The notes beneath the pieces are model-generated. The model worked only from the letters and a program-made list of their open reading frames with translations, did no database searches and had not been told where the DNA came from. The translations under genes and the position numbers were made by a program. Source: Laetmonice hystrix (lineage: Eukaryota). From it: a stretch of DNA of 64,000 nucleotides. The stretch is from NCBI GenBank assembly GCA_965235115.1, contig OZ249436.1, positions 21,516,001 to 21,580,000 of the forward strand. The letters are read 5' to 3'. Positions 9,829 through 23,300 of this stretch are shown in pieces (the first letter of the stretch is position 1; each line of letters opens with the position of its first letter).

Positions 9829-12399
9829 CTCTTTGGCCTCACTGTAGTGTTCGCTGGGGTGCTAGGCCAGCCAGTACCTTGTAGCGATTCCTCACTGTAC
9901 CGTTTGTCCTCCCTGTACCGTTTGCTTGTATACAACAGTAGCCAGTAATATAGGGACGCCTCATGTTTCATGTTTCCATGCCTTTATTGTCCAGGAGGCA
10001 GGCCATACGTTTCGTCTATCATCTACTCCCATCTAATCTATGTCCCTTACAGACCATCTGTAAGCGTGCGACAACGTTGTCAGGTCGTCCCAATGACTGT
10101 TTGCCGTAAAGGTTTAGTTAACAATGGCAAATGACGTTGTACGCCTTTTCTATATCAGATATCCCATCCCCAAGTAAGAAACAAAAAGAAAGAGTACAGA
10201 GGTGTTGCAGGCAAGAAAAACCAGGTTGCAGCGCAGCTCTACTAAAGCGGCGGCGGGGGCGGCGACTGCACTGCCATCTTCCGGCTACCGGTGGAATCAC
10301 CACGTATACCTGGCCGGGCTGGCGGGCACCTGTGGCTATTAGGTTAAAGTAATGAGAAGCGAAAAATGGCTACTATTCTGATACGTCAAATTAAAACTAC
10401 GCCCCCCCCCCCCAAAGTTATGATTCTTAGGCCAGATGTATCACTGTCAAACGTATAGTTCTCGTACGTTCGCTACAGATATATGGTTGTGATGTGTATA
10501 TGCTTCCCATTTGAGTATCTTCTCCAGATTTTAACATTAGATGCTCCTCGCCAGTAGCCTACCTTTCATTTCCACTACCTCACTGTAGTGTTTGCATGAC
10601 TACTAGGACAGTCTGTAAGATGTAGGGACTTCCCACTCTACTCGTTGCCCCCCGCCCCCCACACTGCTTGGCCTCACAGTGTACTGTTTGGCCTCACTGT
10701 ACTCTTTGGCCTCACTGTAGTGTTCGCTGGGGTGCTAGGCCAGCCAGTACCTTGTAGCGATTCCTCACTGTACCGTTTGTCCTCCCTGTACCGTTTGCTT
10801 GTATACAACAGTAGCCAGTAATATAGGGACGCCTCATGTTTCATGTTTCCATGCCTTTATTGTCCAGGAGGCAGGCCATACGTTTCGTCTATGATCTACT
10901 CCCATCTAATCTGTGTCCCCTACAGACTATCTTTAAGCGTGCGACAACGTTGTCAGGTCGTCCCAATGACTGTTTGCCGTAAAGGTTTAGTTAACAATGG
11001 CAAATGACGTTGTACGCCTTTTCTATATCAGATATCCCATCCCCAAGTAAGAAACAAAAAGAAAGAGTACAGAGGTGTTGCAGGCAAGAAAAACCAGGTT
11101 GCAGCGCAGCTCTACTAAAGCGGCGGCGGGGGCGGCGACTGCACTGCCATCTTCCGGCTACCGGTGGAATCACCACGTATACCTGGCCGGGCTGGCGGGC
11201 ACCTGTGGCTCTTAGGTTAAAGTAATGAGAAGCGAAAAATGGCTACTATTTTGATACGTCAAATTGAAACTACGCCCCCCAAAGTTATGATTCTTAGGCC
11301 AGATGTATCACTGTCAAACGTATAGGTCTCGTAGGGCCTACGTTCGCTACAGATATATGGTTGTGATGTGTAGGCCTATGCTTCCCATTTGAGTATCTTC
11401 TCCAGATTTTAACATTAGATGCTCCTCGCCAGTACCTTTCATTTCCACTACCTCACTGTAGTGTTTGCATGACTACTAGGACAGTCAGTAAGATGTACGG
11501 ACTTCTCACTCTACTGGTTGGCCCCCACACTGCTTGGCCTCACAGTGTACTGTTTGGCCTCACTGTACTCTTTGGCCTCACTGTAGTGTTCGCTGGGGTG
11601 CTAGGCCAGCCAGTACCTTGTAGCGATTCCTCACTGTACCGTTTGTCCTCCCTGTACCGTTTGCTTGTATACAACAGTAGCCAGTAATATAGGGACGCCT
11701 CATCTTTCATCTTTCCATGCCTTTATTGTCCAGGAGGCAGGCCATACGTTTCGTCTATCATCTACTCCCATCTAATCTATGTCCCTTACAGACCATCTGG
11801 AAGCGTGCGACAACGTTGTCAGGTCGTCCCAATGACTGTTTGCCGTAAAGGTTTAGTTAACAATGGCAAATGACGTTGTACGCCTTTTCTATATCAGATA
11901 TCCCATCCCCAAGTAAGAAACAAAAAGAAAGAGTACAGAGGTGTTGCAGGCAAGGAACACCAGGGTGCAGCGCAGCTCTACTGAAGCGGCGGCGGGGGCG
12001 GCGACTGCACTGCCATCTTCCGGCTACCGGTGGAATCACCACGTATACCTGGCCGGGCTGGCGGGCACCTGTGGCTCTTAGGTTACAGTAATGAGAAGCG
12101 AAAAATGGCTACTATTTTGATACGTCAAATTGAAACTACGCCCCCCAAAGTTATGATTCTTAGGCCAGATGTATCACTGTCAAACGTATAGGTCTCGTAC
12201 GTTCGCTACAGATATATGGTTGTGATGTGTAGGCCTATGCTTCCCATTTGAGTATCTTCTCCAGATTTTAACATTAGATGCTCCTCGCCAGTACCTTTCA
12301 TTTCCACTACCTCACTGTAGTGTTTGCATAACTACTAGGACAGTCGGTAAGATGTACGGACTTCTCACTCTACTGGTTGGCCCCCCACACTGCTTGGCC

Positions 12400-15300
12400 T
12401 CACAGTGTACTGTTTGGCCTCACTGTACTCTTTGGCCTCACTGTAGTGTTCGCTGGGGTGCTAGGCCAGCCAGTACCTTGTAGCGATTCCTCACTGTACC
12501 GTTTGTCCTCCCTGTACCGTTTGCTTGTATACAACAGTAGCCAGTAATATAGGGACGCCTCATGTTTCATGTTTCCATGCCTTTATTGTCCAGGAGGCAG
12601 GCCATACGTTTCGTCTATCATCTACTCCCATCTAATCTATGTCCCTTACAGACCATCTGTAAGCGTGCGACAACGTTGTCAGGTCGTCCCAATGACTGTT
12701 TGCCGTAAAGGTTTAGTTAACAATGGCAAATGACGTTGTACGCCTTTTCTATATCAGATATCCCATCCCCAAGTAAGAAACATAAAGAAAGAGTACAGAG
12801 GTGTTGCAGGCAAGGAACACCAGGGTGCAGCGCAGCTCTACTGAAGCGGCGGCGGGGGCGGCGACTGCACTGCCATCTTCCGGCTACCGGTGGAATCACC
12901 ACGTATACCTGGCCGGGCTGGCGGGCACCTGTGGCTCTTAGGTTAAAGTAATGAGAAGCGAAAAATGGCTACTATTCTGATACGTCAAATTGAAACTACG
13001 CCCCCCAAAGTTATGATTCTTAGGCCAGATGTATCACTGTCAAACGTATAGTTCTCTTACGTTCGCTACAGATATATGGTTGTGATGTGTATGCTTCCCA
13101 TTTGAGTATCTTTTCCAGATTTTAACATTAGATGCTCCTCGCCAGTACCTTTCATTTCCACTACCTCACTGTAGTGTTTGCATGACTACTAGGACAGTCG
13201 GTAAGATGTACGGACTTCTTACTCTACTGGTTGGCCCCCCACACTGCTTGGCCTCACAGTGTACTGTTTGGCCTCACTGTACTCTTTGGCCTCACTGTAG
13301 TGTTCGCTGGGGTGCTAGGCCAGCCAGTACCTTGTAGCGATTCCTCACTGTACCGTTTGTCCTCCCTGTACCGTTTGCTTGTATACAACAGTAGCCAGTA
13401 ATATAGGGACGCCTCATGTTTCATGTTTCCATGCCTTTATTGTCCAGGAGGCAGGCCATACGTTTCGTCTATGATCTACTCCCATCTAATCTGTGTCCCC
13501 TACAGACTATCTTTAAGCGTGCGACAACGTTGTCAGGTCGTCCCAATGACTGTTTGCCGTAAAGGTTTAGTTAACAATGGCAAATGACGTTGTACGCCTT
13601 TTCTATATCAGATATCCCATCCCCAAGTAAGAAACAAAAAGAAAGAGTACAGAGGTGTTGCAGGCAAGAAAAACCAGGTTGCAGCGCAGCTCTACTAAAG
13701 CGGCGGCGGGGGCGGCGACTGCACTGCCATCTTCCGGCTACCGGTGGAATCACCACGTATACCTGGCCGGGCTGGCGGGCACCTGTGGCTCTTAGGTTAA
13801 AGTAATGAGAAGCGAAAAATGGCTACTATTTTGATACGTCAAATTGAAACTACGCCCCCCAAAGTTATGATTCCTAGGCCAGATGTATCACTGTCAAACG
13901 TATAGGTCTCGTAGGGCCTACGTTCGCTACAGATATATGGTTGTGATGTGTAGGCCTATGCTTCCCATTTGAGTATCTTCTCCAGATTTTAACATTAGAT
14001 GCTCCTCGCCAGTACCTTTCATTTCCACTACCTCACTGTAGTGTTTGCATGACTACTAGGACAGTCGGTAAGATGTACGGACTTCTCACTCTACTGGTTG
14101 GCCCCCCACACTGCTTGGCCTCACAGTGTACTGTTTGGCCTCACTGTACTCTTTGGCCTCACTGTAGTGTTCGCTGGGGTGCTAGGCCAGCCAGTACCTT
14201 GTAGCGATTCCTCACTGTACCGTTTGTCCTCCCTGTACCGTTTGCTTGTATACAACAGTAGCCAGTAATATAGGGACGCCTCATGTTTCATGTTTCCATG
14301 CCTTTATTGTCCAGGAGGCAGGCCATACGTTTCGTCTATCATCTACTCCCATCTAATCTATGTCCCTTACAGACCATCTGTAAGCGTGCGACAACGTTGT
14401 CAGGTCGTCCCAATGACTGTTTGCCGTAAAGGTTTAGTTAACAATGGCAAATGACGTTGTACGCCTTTTCTATATCAGATATCCCATCCCCAAGTAAGAA
14501 ACATAAAGAAAGAGTACAGAGGTGTTGCAGGCAAGGAACACCAGGGTGCAGCGCAGCTCTACTGAAGCGGCGGCGGGGGCGGCGACTGCACTGCCATCTT
14601 CCGGCTACCAGTGGAATCACCACGTATACCTGGCCGGGCTGGCGGGCACCTGTGGCTCTTAGGTTAAAGTAATGAGAAGCGAAAAATGGCTACTATTCTG
14701 ATACGTCAAATTGAAACTACGCCCCCCAAAGTTATGATTCTTAGGCCAGATGTATCACTGTCAAACGTATAGTTCTCTTACGTTCGCTACAGATATATGG
14801 TTGTGATGTGTATGCTTCCCATTTGAGTATCTTTTCCAGATTTTAACATTAGATGCTCCTCGCCAGTACCTTTCATTTCCACTACCTCACTGTAGTGTTT
14901 GCATGACTACTAGGACAGTCGGTAAGATGTACGGACTTCTTACTCTACTGGTTGGCCCCCCACACTGCTTGGCCTCACAGTGTACTGTTTGGCCTCACTG
15001 TACTCTAGGTCTTTGGCCTCACTGTAGTGTTCGCTGGGGTGCTAGGCCAGCCAGTACCTTGTAGCGATTCCTCACTGTACCGTTTGTCCTCCCTGTACCG
15101 TTTGCTTGTATACAACAGTAGCCAATAATATAGGGACGCCTCATGTTTCATGTTTCCATGCCTTTATTGTCCAGGAGGCAGGCCATACGTTTCGTCTATC
15201 ATCTACTCCCATCTAATCTATGTCCCTTACAGACCATCTGTAAGCGTGCGACAACGTTGTCAGGTCGTCCCAATGACTGTTTGCCGTAAAGGTTTAGTTA

Positions 15301-18300
15301 ACAATGGCAAATGACGTTGTACGCCTTTTCTATATCAGATATCCCATCCCCAAGTAAGAAACAAAAAGAAAGAGTACAGAGGTGTTGCAGGCAAGAAAAA
15401 CCAGGTTGCAGCGCAGCTCTACTAAAGCGGCGGCGGGGGCGGCGACTGCACTGCCATCTTCCGGCTACCGGTGGAATCACCACGTATACCTGGCCGGGCT
15501 GGCGGGCACCTGTGGCTCTTAGGTTAAAGTAATGAGAAGCGAAAAATGGCTACTATTCTGATACGTCAAATTGAAACTACGCCCCCCAAAGTTATGATTC
15601 TTAGGCCAGATGTATCACTGTCAAACGTATAGTTCTCGTACGTTCGCTACAGATATATGGTTGTGATGTGTATGCTTCCCTTTTGAGTATCTTCTCCAGA
15701 TTTTAAAATTAGATGCTCCTCGCCAGTAGGCTACCTTTCATTTCCACTACCTCACTGTAGTGTTTGCATGACTACTAGGACAGTCGGTAAGATGTACGGA
15801 CTTCTCACTCTACTGGTTGGCCCCCCACACTGCTTGGCCTCACAGTGTACTGTTTGGCCTCACTGTACTCTTTGGCCTCACTGTAGTGTTCGCTGGGGTG
15901 CTAGGCCAGCCAGTACCTTGTAGCGATTCCTCACTGTACCGTTTGTCCTCCCTGTACCGTTTGCTTGTATACAACAGTAGCCAGTAATATAGGGACGCCT
16001 CATGTTTCATGTTTCCATGCCTTTATTGTCCAGGAGGCAGGCCATACGTTTCGTCTATCATCTACTCCCATCTAATCTATGTCCCTTACAGACCATCTGT
16101 AAGCGTGCGACAACGTTGTCAGGTCGTCCCAATGACTGTTTGCCGTAAAGGTTTAGTTAACAATGGCAAATGACGTTGTACGCCTTTTCTATATCAGATA
16201 TCCCATCCCCAAGTAAGAAACATAAAGAAAGAGTACAGAGGTGTTGCAGGCAAGGAACACCAGGGTGCAGCGCAGCTCTACTGAAGCGGCGGCGGGGGCG
16301 GCGACTGCACTGCCATCTTCCGGCTACCGGTGGAATCACCACGTATACCTGGCCGGGCTGGCGGGCACCTGTGGCTCTTAGGTTAAAGTAATGAGAAGCG
16401 AAAAATGGCTACTATTCTGATACGTCAAATTGAAACTACGCCCCCCAAAGTTATGATTCTTAGGCCAGATGTATCACTGTCAAACGTATAGTTCTCTTAC
16501 GTTCGCTACAGATATATGGTTGTGATGTGTATGCTTCCCATTTGAGTATCTTTTCCAGATTTTAACATTAGATGCTCCTCGCCAGTACCTTTCATTTCCA
16601 CTACCTCACTGTAGTGTTTGCATGACTACTAGGACAGTCGGTAAGATGTACGGACTTCTTACTCTACTGGTTGGCCCCCCACACTGCTTGGCCTCACAGT
16701 GTACTGTTTGGCCTCACTGTACTCTTTGGCCTCACTGTAGTGTTCGCTGGGGTGCTAGGCCAGCCAGTACCTTGTAGCGATTCCTCACTGTACCGTTTGT
16801 CCTCCCTGTACCGTTTGCTTGTATACAACAGTAGCCAGTAATATAGGGACGCCTCATGTTTCATGTTTCCATGCCTTTATTGTCCAGGAGGCAGGCCATA
16901 CGTTTCGTCTATGATCTACTCCCATCTAATCTGTGTCCCCTACAGACTATCTTTAAGCGTGCGACAACGTTGTCAGGTCGTCCCAATGACTGTTTGCCGT
17001 AAAGGTTTAGTTAACAATGGCAAATGACGTTGTACGCCTTTTCTATATCAGATATCCCATCCCCAAGTAAGAAACAAAAAGAAAGAGTACAGAGGTGTTG
17101 CAGGCAAGAAAAACCAGGTTGCAGCGCAGCTCTACTAAAGCGGCGGCGGGGGCGGCGACTGCACTGCCATCTTCCGGCTACCGGTGGAATCACCACGTAT
17201 ACCTGGCCGGGCTGGCGGGCACCTGTGGCTCTTAGGTTAAAGTAATGAGAAGCGAAAAATGGCTACTATTTTGATACGTCAAATTGAAACTACGCCCCCC
17301 AAAGTTATGATTCCTAGGCCAGATGTATCACTGTCAAACGTATAGGTCTCGTAGGGCCTACGTTCGCTACAGATATATGGTTGTGATGTGTAGGCCTATG
17401 CTTCCCATTTGAGTATCTTCTCCAGATTTTAACATTAGATGCTCCTCGCCAGTACCTTTCATTTCCACTACCTCACTGTAGTGTTTGCATGACTACTAGG
17501 ACAGTCGGTAAGATGTACGGACTTCTCACTCTACTGGTTGGCCCCCCACACTGCTTGGCCTCACAGTGTACTGTTTGGCCTCACTGTACTCTTTGGCCTC
17601 ACTGTAGTGTTCGCTGGGGTGCTAGGCCAGCCAGTACCTTGTAGCGATTCCTCACTGTACCGTTTGTCCTCCCTGTACCGTTTGCTTGTATACAACAGTA
17701 GCCAGTAATATAGGGACGCCTCATGTTTCATGTTTCCATGCCTTTATTGTCCAGGAGGCAGGCCATACGTTTCGTCTATCATCTACTCCCATCTAATCTA
17801 TGTCCCTTACAGACCATCTGTAAGCGTGCGACAACGTTGTCAGGTCGTCCCAATGACTGTTTGCCGTAAAGGTTTAGTTAACAATGGCAAATGACGTTGT
17901 ACGCCTTTTCTATATCAGATATCCCATCCCCAAGTAAGAAACATAAAGAAAGAGTACAGAGGTGTTGCAGGCAAGGAACACCAGGGTGCAGCGCAGCTCT
18001 ACTGAAGCGGCGGCGGGGGCGGCGACTGCACTGCCATCTTCCGGCTACCAGTGGAATCACCACGTATACCTGGCCGGGCTGGCGGGCACCTGTGGCTCTT
18101 AGGTTAAAGTAATGAGAAGCGAAAAATGGCTACTATTCTGATACGTCAAATTGAAACTACGCCCCCCAAAGTTATGATTCTTAGGCCAGATGTATCACTG
18201 TCAAACGTATAGTTCTCTTACGTTCGCTACAGATATATGGTTGTGATGTGTATGCTTCCCATTTGAGTATCTTTTCCAGATTTTAACATTAGATGCTCCT

Positions 18301-19215
18301 CGCCAGTACCTTTCATTTCCACTACCTCACTGTAGTGTTTGCATGACTACTAGGACAGTCGGTAAGATGTACGGACTTCTTACTCTACTGGTTGGCCCCC
18401 CACACTGCTTGGCCTCACAGTGTACTGTTTGGCCTCACTGTACTCTAGGTCTTTGGCCTCACTGTAGTGTTCGCTGGGGTGCTAGGCCAGCCAGTACCTT
18501 GTAGCGATTCCTCACTGTACCGTTTGTCCTCCCTGTACCGTTTGCTTGTATACAACAGTAGCCAATAATATAGGGACGCCTCATGTTTCATGTTTCCATG
18601 CCTTTATTGTCCAGGAGGCAGGCCATACGTTTCGTCTATCATCTACTCCCATCTAATCTATGTCCCTTACAGACCATCTGTAAGCGTGCGACAACGTTGT
18701 CAGGTCGTCCCAATGACTGTTTGCCGTAAAGGTTTAGTTAACAATGGCAAATGACGTTGTACGCCTTTTCTATATCAGATATCCCATCCCCAAGTAAGAA
18801 ACAAAAAGAAAGAGTACAGAGGTGTTGCAGGCAAGAAAAACCAGGTTGCAGCGCAGCTCTACTAAAGCGGCGGCGGGGGCGGCGACTGCACTGCCATCTT
18901 CCGGCTACCGGTGGAATCACCACGTATACCTGGCCGGGCTGGCGGGCACCTGTGGCTCTTAGGTTAAAGTAATGAGAAGCGAAAAATGGCTACTATTCTG
19001 ATACGTCAAATTGAAACTACGCCCCCCAAAGTTATGATTCTTAGGCCAGATGTATCACTGTCAAACGTATAGTTCTCGTACGTTCGCTACAGATATATGG
19101 TTGTGATGTGTATGCTTCCCTTTTGAGTATCTTCTCCAGATTTTAAAATTAGATGCTCCTCGCCAGTAGGCTACCTTTCATTTCCACTACCTCACTGTAG
19201 TGTTTGCATGACTAC
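12400..19215. repeat. 3,440-bp (4-unit) tandem higher-order duplication; boundaries approximate
   Basis: Anchors 12717/16157, 13571/17011, 14438/17878 and 15298/18738 are all 3,440 apart. Private variants TTCCTAGGCC (~13874/17314) and CTCTAGGTCTT (15003/18443) occur only in this pair. Confidence 0.88.
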
Positions 19216-20173
19216 TAGGACAGTCGGTAAGATGTAGGGACATCCCACTCTACTCGTTGCCCCCCGCCCCCCCACACTGCTTGGCCTCACAGTGTACTGT
19301 TTGGCCTCACTGTACTCTTTGGCCTCACTGTAGTGTTCGCTGGGGTGCTAGGCCAGCCAGTACCTTGTAGCGATTCCTCACTGTACCGTTTGTCCTCCCT
19401 GTACCGTTTGCTTGTATACAACAGTAGCCAGTAATATAGGGACGCCTCATGTTTCATGTTTCCATGCCTTTATTGTCCAGGAGGCAGGCCATACGTTTCG
19501 TCTATGATCTACTCCCATCTAATCTGTGTCCCCTACAGACTATCTTTAAGCGTGCGACAACGTTGTCAGGTCGTCCCAATGACTGTTTGCCGTAAAGGTT
19601 TAGTTAACAATGGCAAATGACGTTGTACGCCTTTTCTATATAAGATATCCCATCCCCAAGTAAGAAACAAAAAGAAAGAGTACAGAGGTGTTGCAGGCAA
19701 GGAACACCAGGGTGCAGCGCAGCTCTACTGAAGCGGCGGCGGGGGCGGCGACTGCACTGCCATCTTCCGGCTACCGGTGGAATCACCACGTATACCTGGC
19801 CGGGCTGGCGGGCACCTGTGGCTCTTAGGTTAAAGTAATGAGAAGCGAAAAATGGCTACTATTCTGATACGTCAAATTGAAACTACGCCCCCCAAAGTTA
19901 TGATTCTTAGGCCAGATGTATCACTGTCAAACGTATAGGTCTCGTACGTTCGCTACAGATATATGGTTGTGATGTGTATGCTTCCCATTTGAGTATCTTC
20001 TCCAGATTTTAACATTAGATGCTCCTCGCCAGTACCTTTCATTTCCACTACCTCACTGTAGTGTTTGCATGACTACTAGGACAGTCGGTAAGATGTACGG
20101 ACCTCTTACTCTACTCGTTGGCCCCCCACACTGCTTGGCCTCACAGTGTACTGTTTGGCCTCACTGTACTCTT

Positions 20174-20339
20174 CAGGGCTGTCCATCCGTCGCATTGTCG
20201 CAAATAATGTGCGACAGGGACCATAAAAATTGCGACATCGGCTTTATCAACGAATGTTTTAACTGTCTGTCGCAATCCAGACACTTTGCTCCACCCAGTT
20301 AGAATTCTGCTCTGGGATTTTCAACTGTGGCCAGCCTTG
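20174..20339. mobile_element. 166-bp hAT-like MITE, copy 2 (propagated by array duplication)
   Basis: Same sequence, same site and same CTCTT TSD as copy 1; same linked SNPs (CTATATAAGAT, GGACCTCTTAC). Confidence 0.9.
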
Positions 20340-23300
20340 CTCTTTGGCCTCACTGTAGTGTTCGCTGGGGTGCTAGGCCAGCCAGTACCTTGTAGCGATT
20401 CCTCACTGTACCGTTTGTCCTCCCTGTACCGTTTGCTTGTATACAACAGTAGCCAGTAATATAGGGACGCCTCATGTTTCATGTTTCCATGCCTTTATTG
20501 TCCAGGAGGCAGGCCATACGTTTCGTCTATCATCTACTCCCATCTAATCTATGTCCCTTACAGACCATCTGTAAGCGTGCGACAACGTTGTCAGGTCGTC
20601 CCAATGACTGTTTGCCGTAAAGGTTTAGTTAACAATGGCAAATGACGTTGTACGCCTTTTCTATATCAGATATCCCATCCCCAAGTAAGAAACAAAAAGA
20701 AAGAGTACAGAGGTGTTGCAGGCAAGAAAAACCAGGTTGCAGCGCAGCTCTACTAAAGCGGCGGCGGGGGCGGCGACTGCACTGCCATCTTCCGGCTACC
20801 GGTGGAATCACCACGTATACCTGGCCGGGCTGGCGGGCACCTGTGGCTCTTAGGTTAAAGTAATGAGAAGCGAAAAATGGCTACTATTCTGATACGTCAA
20901 ATTAAAACTACGCCCCCCCCCCCAAAGTTATGATTCTTAGGCCAGATGTATCACTGTCAAACGTATAGTTCTCGTACGTTCGCTACAGATATATGGTTGT
21001 GATGTGTATATGCTTCCCATTTGAGTATCTTCTCCAGATTTTAACATTAGATGCTCCTCGCCAGTAGCCTACCTTTCATTTCCACTACCTCACTGTAGTG
21101 TTTGCATGACTACTAGGACAGTCTGTAAGATGTAGGGACTTCCCACTCTACTCGTTGCCCCCCGCCCCCCACACTGCTTGGCCTCACAGTGTACTGTTTG
21201 GCCTCACTGTACTCTTTGGCCTCACTGTAGTGTTCGCTGGGGTGCTAGGCCAGCCAGTACCTTGTAGCGATTCCTCACTGTACCGTTTGTCCTCCCTGTA
21301 CCGTTTGCTTGTATACAACAGTAGCCAGTAATATAGGGACGCCTCATGTTTCATGTTTCCATGCCTTTATTGTCCAGGAGGCAGGCCATACGTTTCGTCT
21401 ATGATCTACTCCCATCTAATCTGTGTCCCCTACAGACTATCTTTAAGCGTGCGACAACGTTGTCAGGTCGTCCCAATGACTGTTTGCCGTAAAGGTTTAG
21501 TTAACAATGGCAAATGACGTTGTACGCCTTTTCTATATCAGATATCCCATCCCCAAGTAAGAAACAAAAAGAAAGAGTACAGAGGTGTTGCAGGCAAGAA
21601 AAACCAGGTTGCAGCGCAGCTCTACTAAAGCGGCGGCGGGGGCGGCGACTGCACTGCCATCTTCCGGCTACCGGTGGAATCACCACGTATACCTGGCCGG
21701 GCTGGCGGGCACCTGTGGCTCTTAGGTTAAAGTAATGAGAAGCGAAAAATGGCTACTATTTTGATACGTCAAATTGAAACTACGCCCCCCAAAGTTATGA
21801 TTCTTAGGCCAGATGTATCACTGTCAAACGTATAGGTCTCGTAGGGCCTACGTTCGCTACAGATATATGGTTGTGATGTGTAGGCCTATGCTTCCCATTT
21901 GAGTATCTTCTCCAGATTTTAACATTAGATGCTCCTCGCCAGTACCTTTCATTTCCACTACCTCACTGTAGTGTTTGCATGACTACTAGGACAGTCGGTA
22001 AGATGTACGGACTTCTCACTCTACTGGTTGGCCCCCACACTGCTTGGCCTCACAGTGTACTGTTTGGCCTCACTGTACTCTTTGGCCTCACTGTAGTGTT
22101 CGCTGGGGTGCTAGGCCAGCCAGTACCTTGTAGCGATTCCTCACTGTACCGTTTGTCCTCCCTGTACCGTTTGCTTGTATACAACAGTAGCCAGTAATAT
22201 AGGGACGCCTCATCTTTCATCTTTCCATGCCTTTATTGTCCAGGAGGCAGGCCATACGTTTCGTCTATCATCTACTCCCATCTAATCTATGTCCCTTACA
22301 GACCATCTGTAAGCGTGCGACAACGTTGTCAGGTCGTCCCAATGACTGTTTGCCGTAAAGGTTTAGTTAACAATGGCAAATGACGTTGTACGCCTTTTCT
22401 ATATCAGATATCCCATCCCCAAGTAAGAAACAAAAAGAAAGAGTACAGAGGTGTTGCAGGCAAGGAACACCAGGGTGCAGCGCAGCTCTACTGAAGCGGC
22501 GGCGGGGGCGGCGACTGCACTGCCATCTTCCGGCTACCGGTGGAATCACCACGTATACCTGGCCGGGCTGGCGGGCACCTGTGGCTCTTAGGTTACAGTA
22601 ATGAGAAGCGAAAAATGGCTACTATTTTGATACGTCAAATTGAAACTACGCCCCCCAAAGTTATGATTCTTAGGCCAGATGTATCACTGTCAAACGTATA
22701 GGTCTCGTACGTTCGCTACAGATATATGGTTGTGATGTGTAGGCCTATGCTTCCCATTTGAGTATCTTCTCCAGATTTTAACATTAGATGCTCCTCGCCA
22801 GTACCTTTCATTTCCACTACCTCACTGTAGTGTTTGCATGACTACTAGGACAGTCGGTAAGATGTACGGACTTCTCACTCTACTGGTTGGCCCCCCACAC
22901 TGCTTGGCCTCACAGTGTACTGTTTGGCCTCACTGTACTCTTTGGCCTCACTGTAGTGTTCGCTGGGGTGCTAGGCCAGCCAGTACCTTGTAGCGATTCC
23001 TCACTGTACCGTTTGTCCTCCCTGTACCGTTTGCTTGTATACAACAGTAGCCAGTAATATAGGGACGCCTCATGTTTCATGTTTCCATGCCTTTATTGTC
23101 CAGGAGGCAGGCCATACGTTTCGTCTATCATCTACTCCCATCTAATCTATGTCCCTTACAGACCATCTGTAAGCGTGCGACAACGTTGTCAGGTCGTCCC
23201 AATGACTGTTTGCCGTAAAGGTTTAGTTAACAATGGCAAATGACGTTGTACGCCTTTTCTATATCAGATATCCCATCCCCAAGTAAGAAACATAAAGAAA

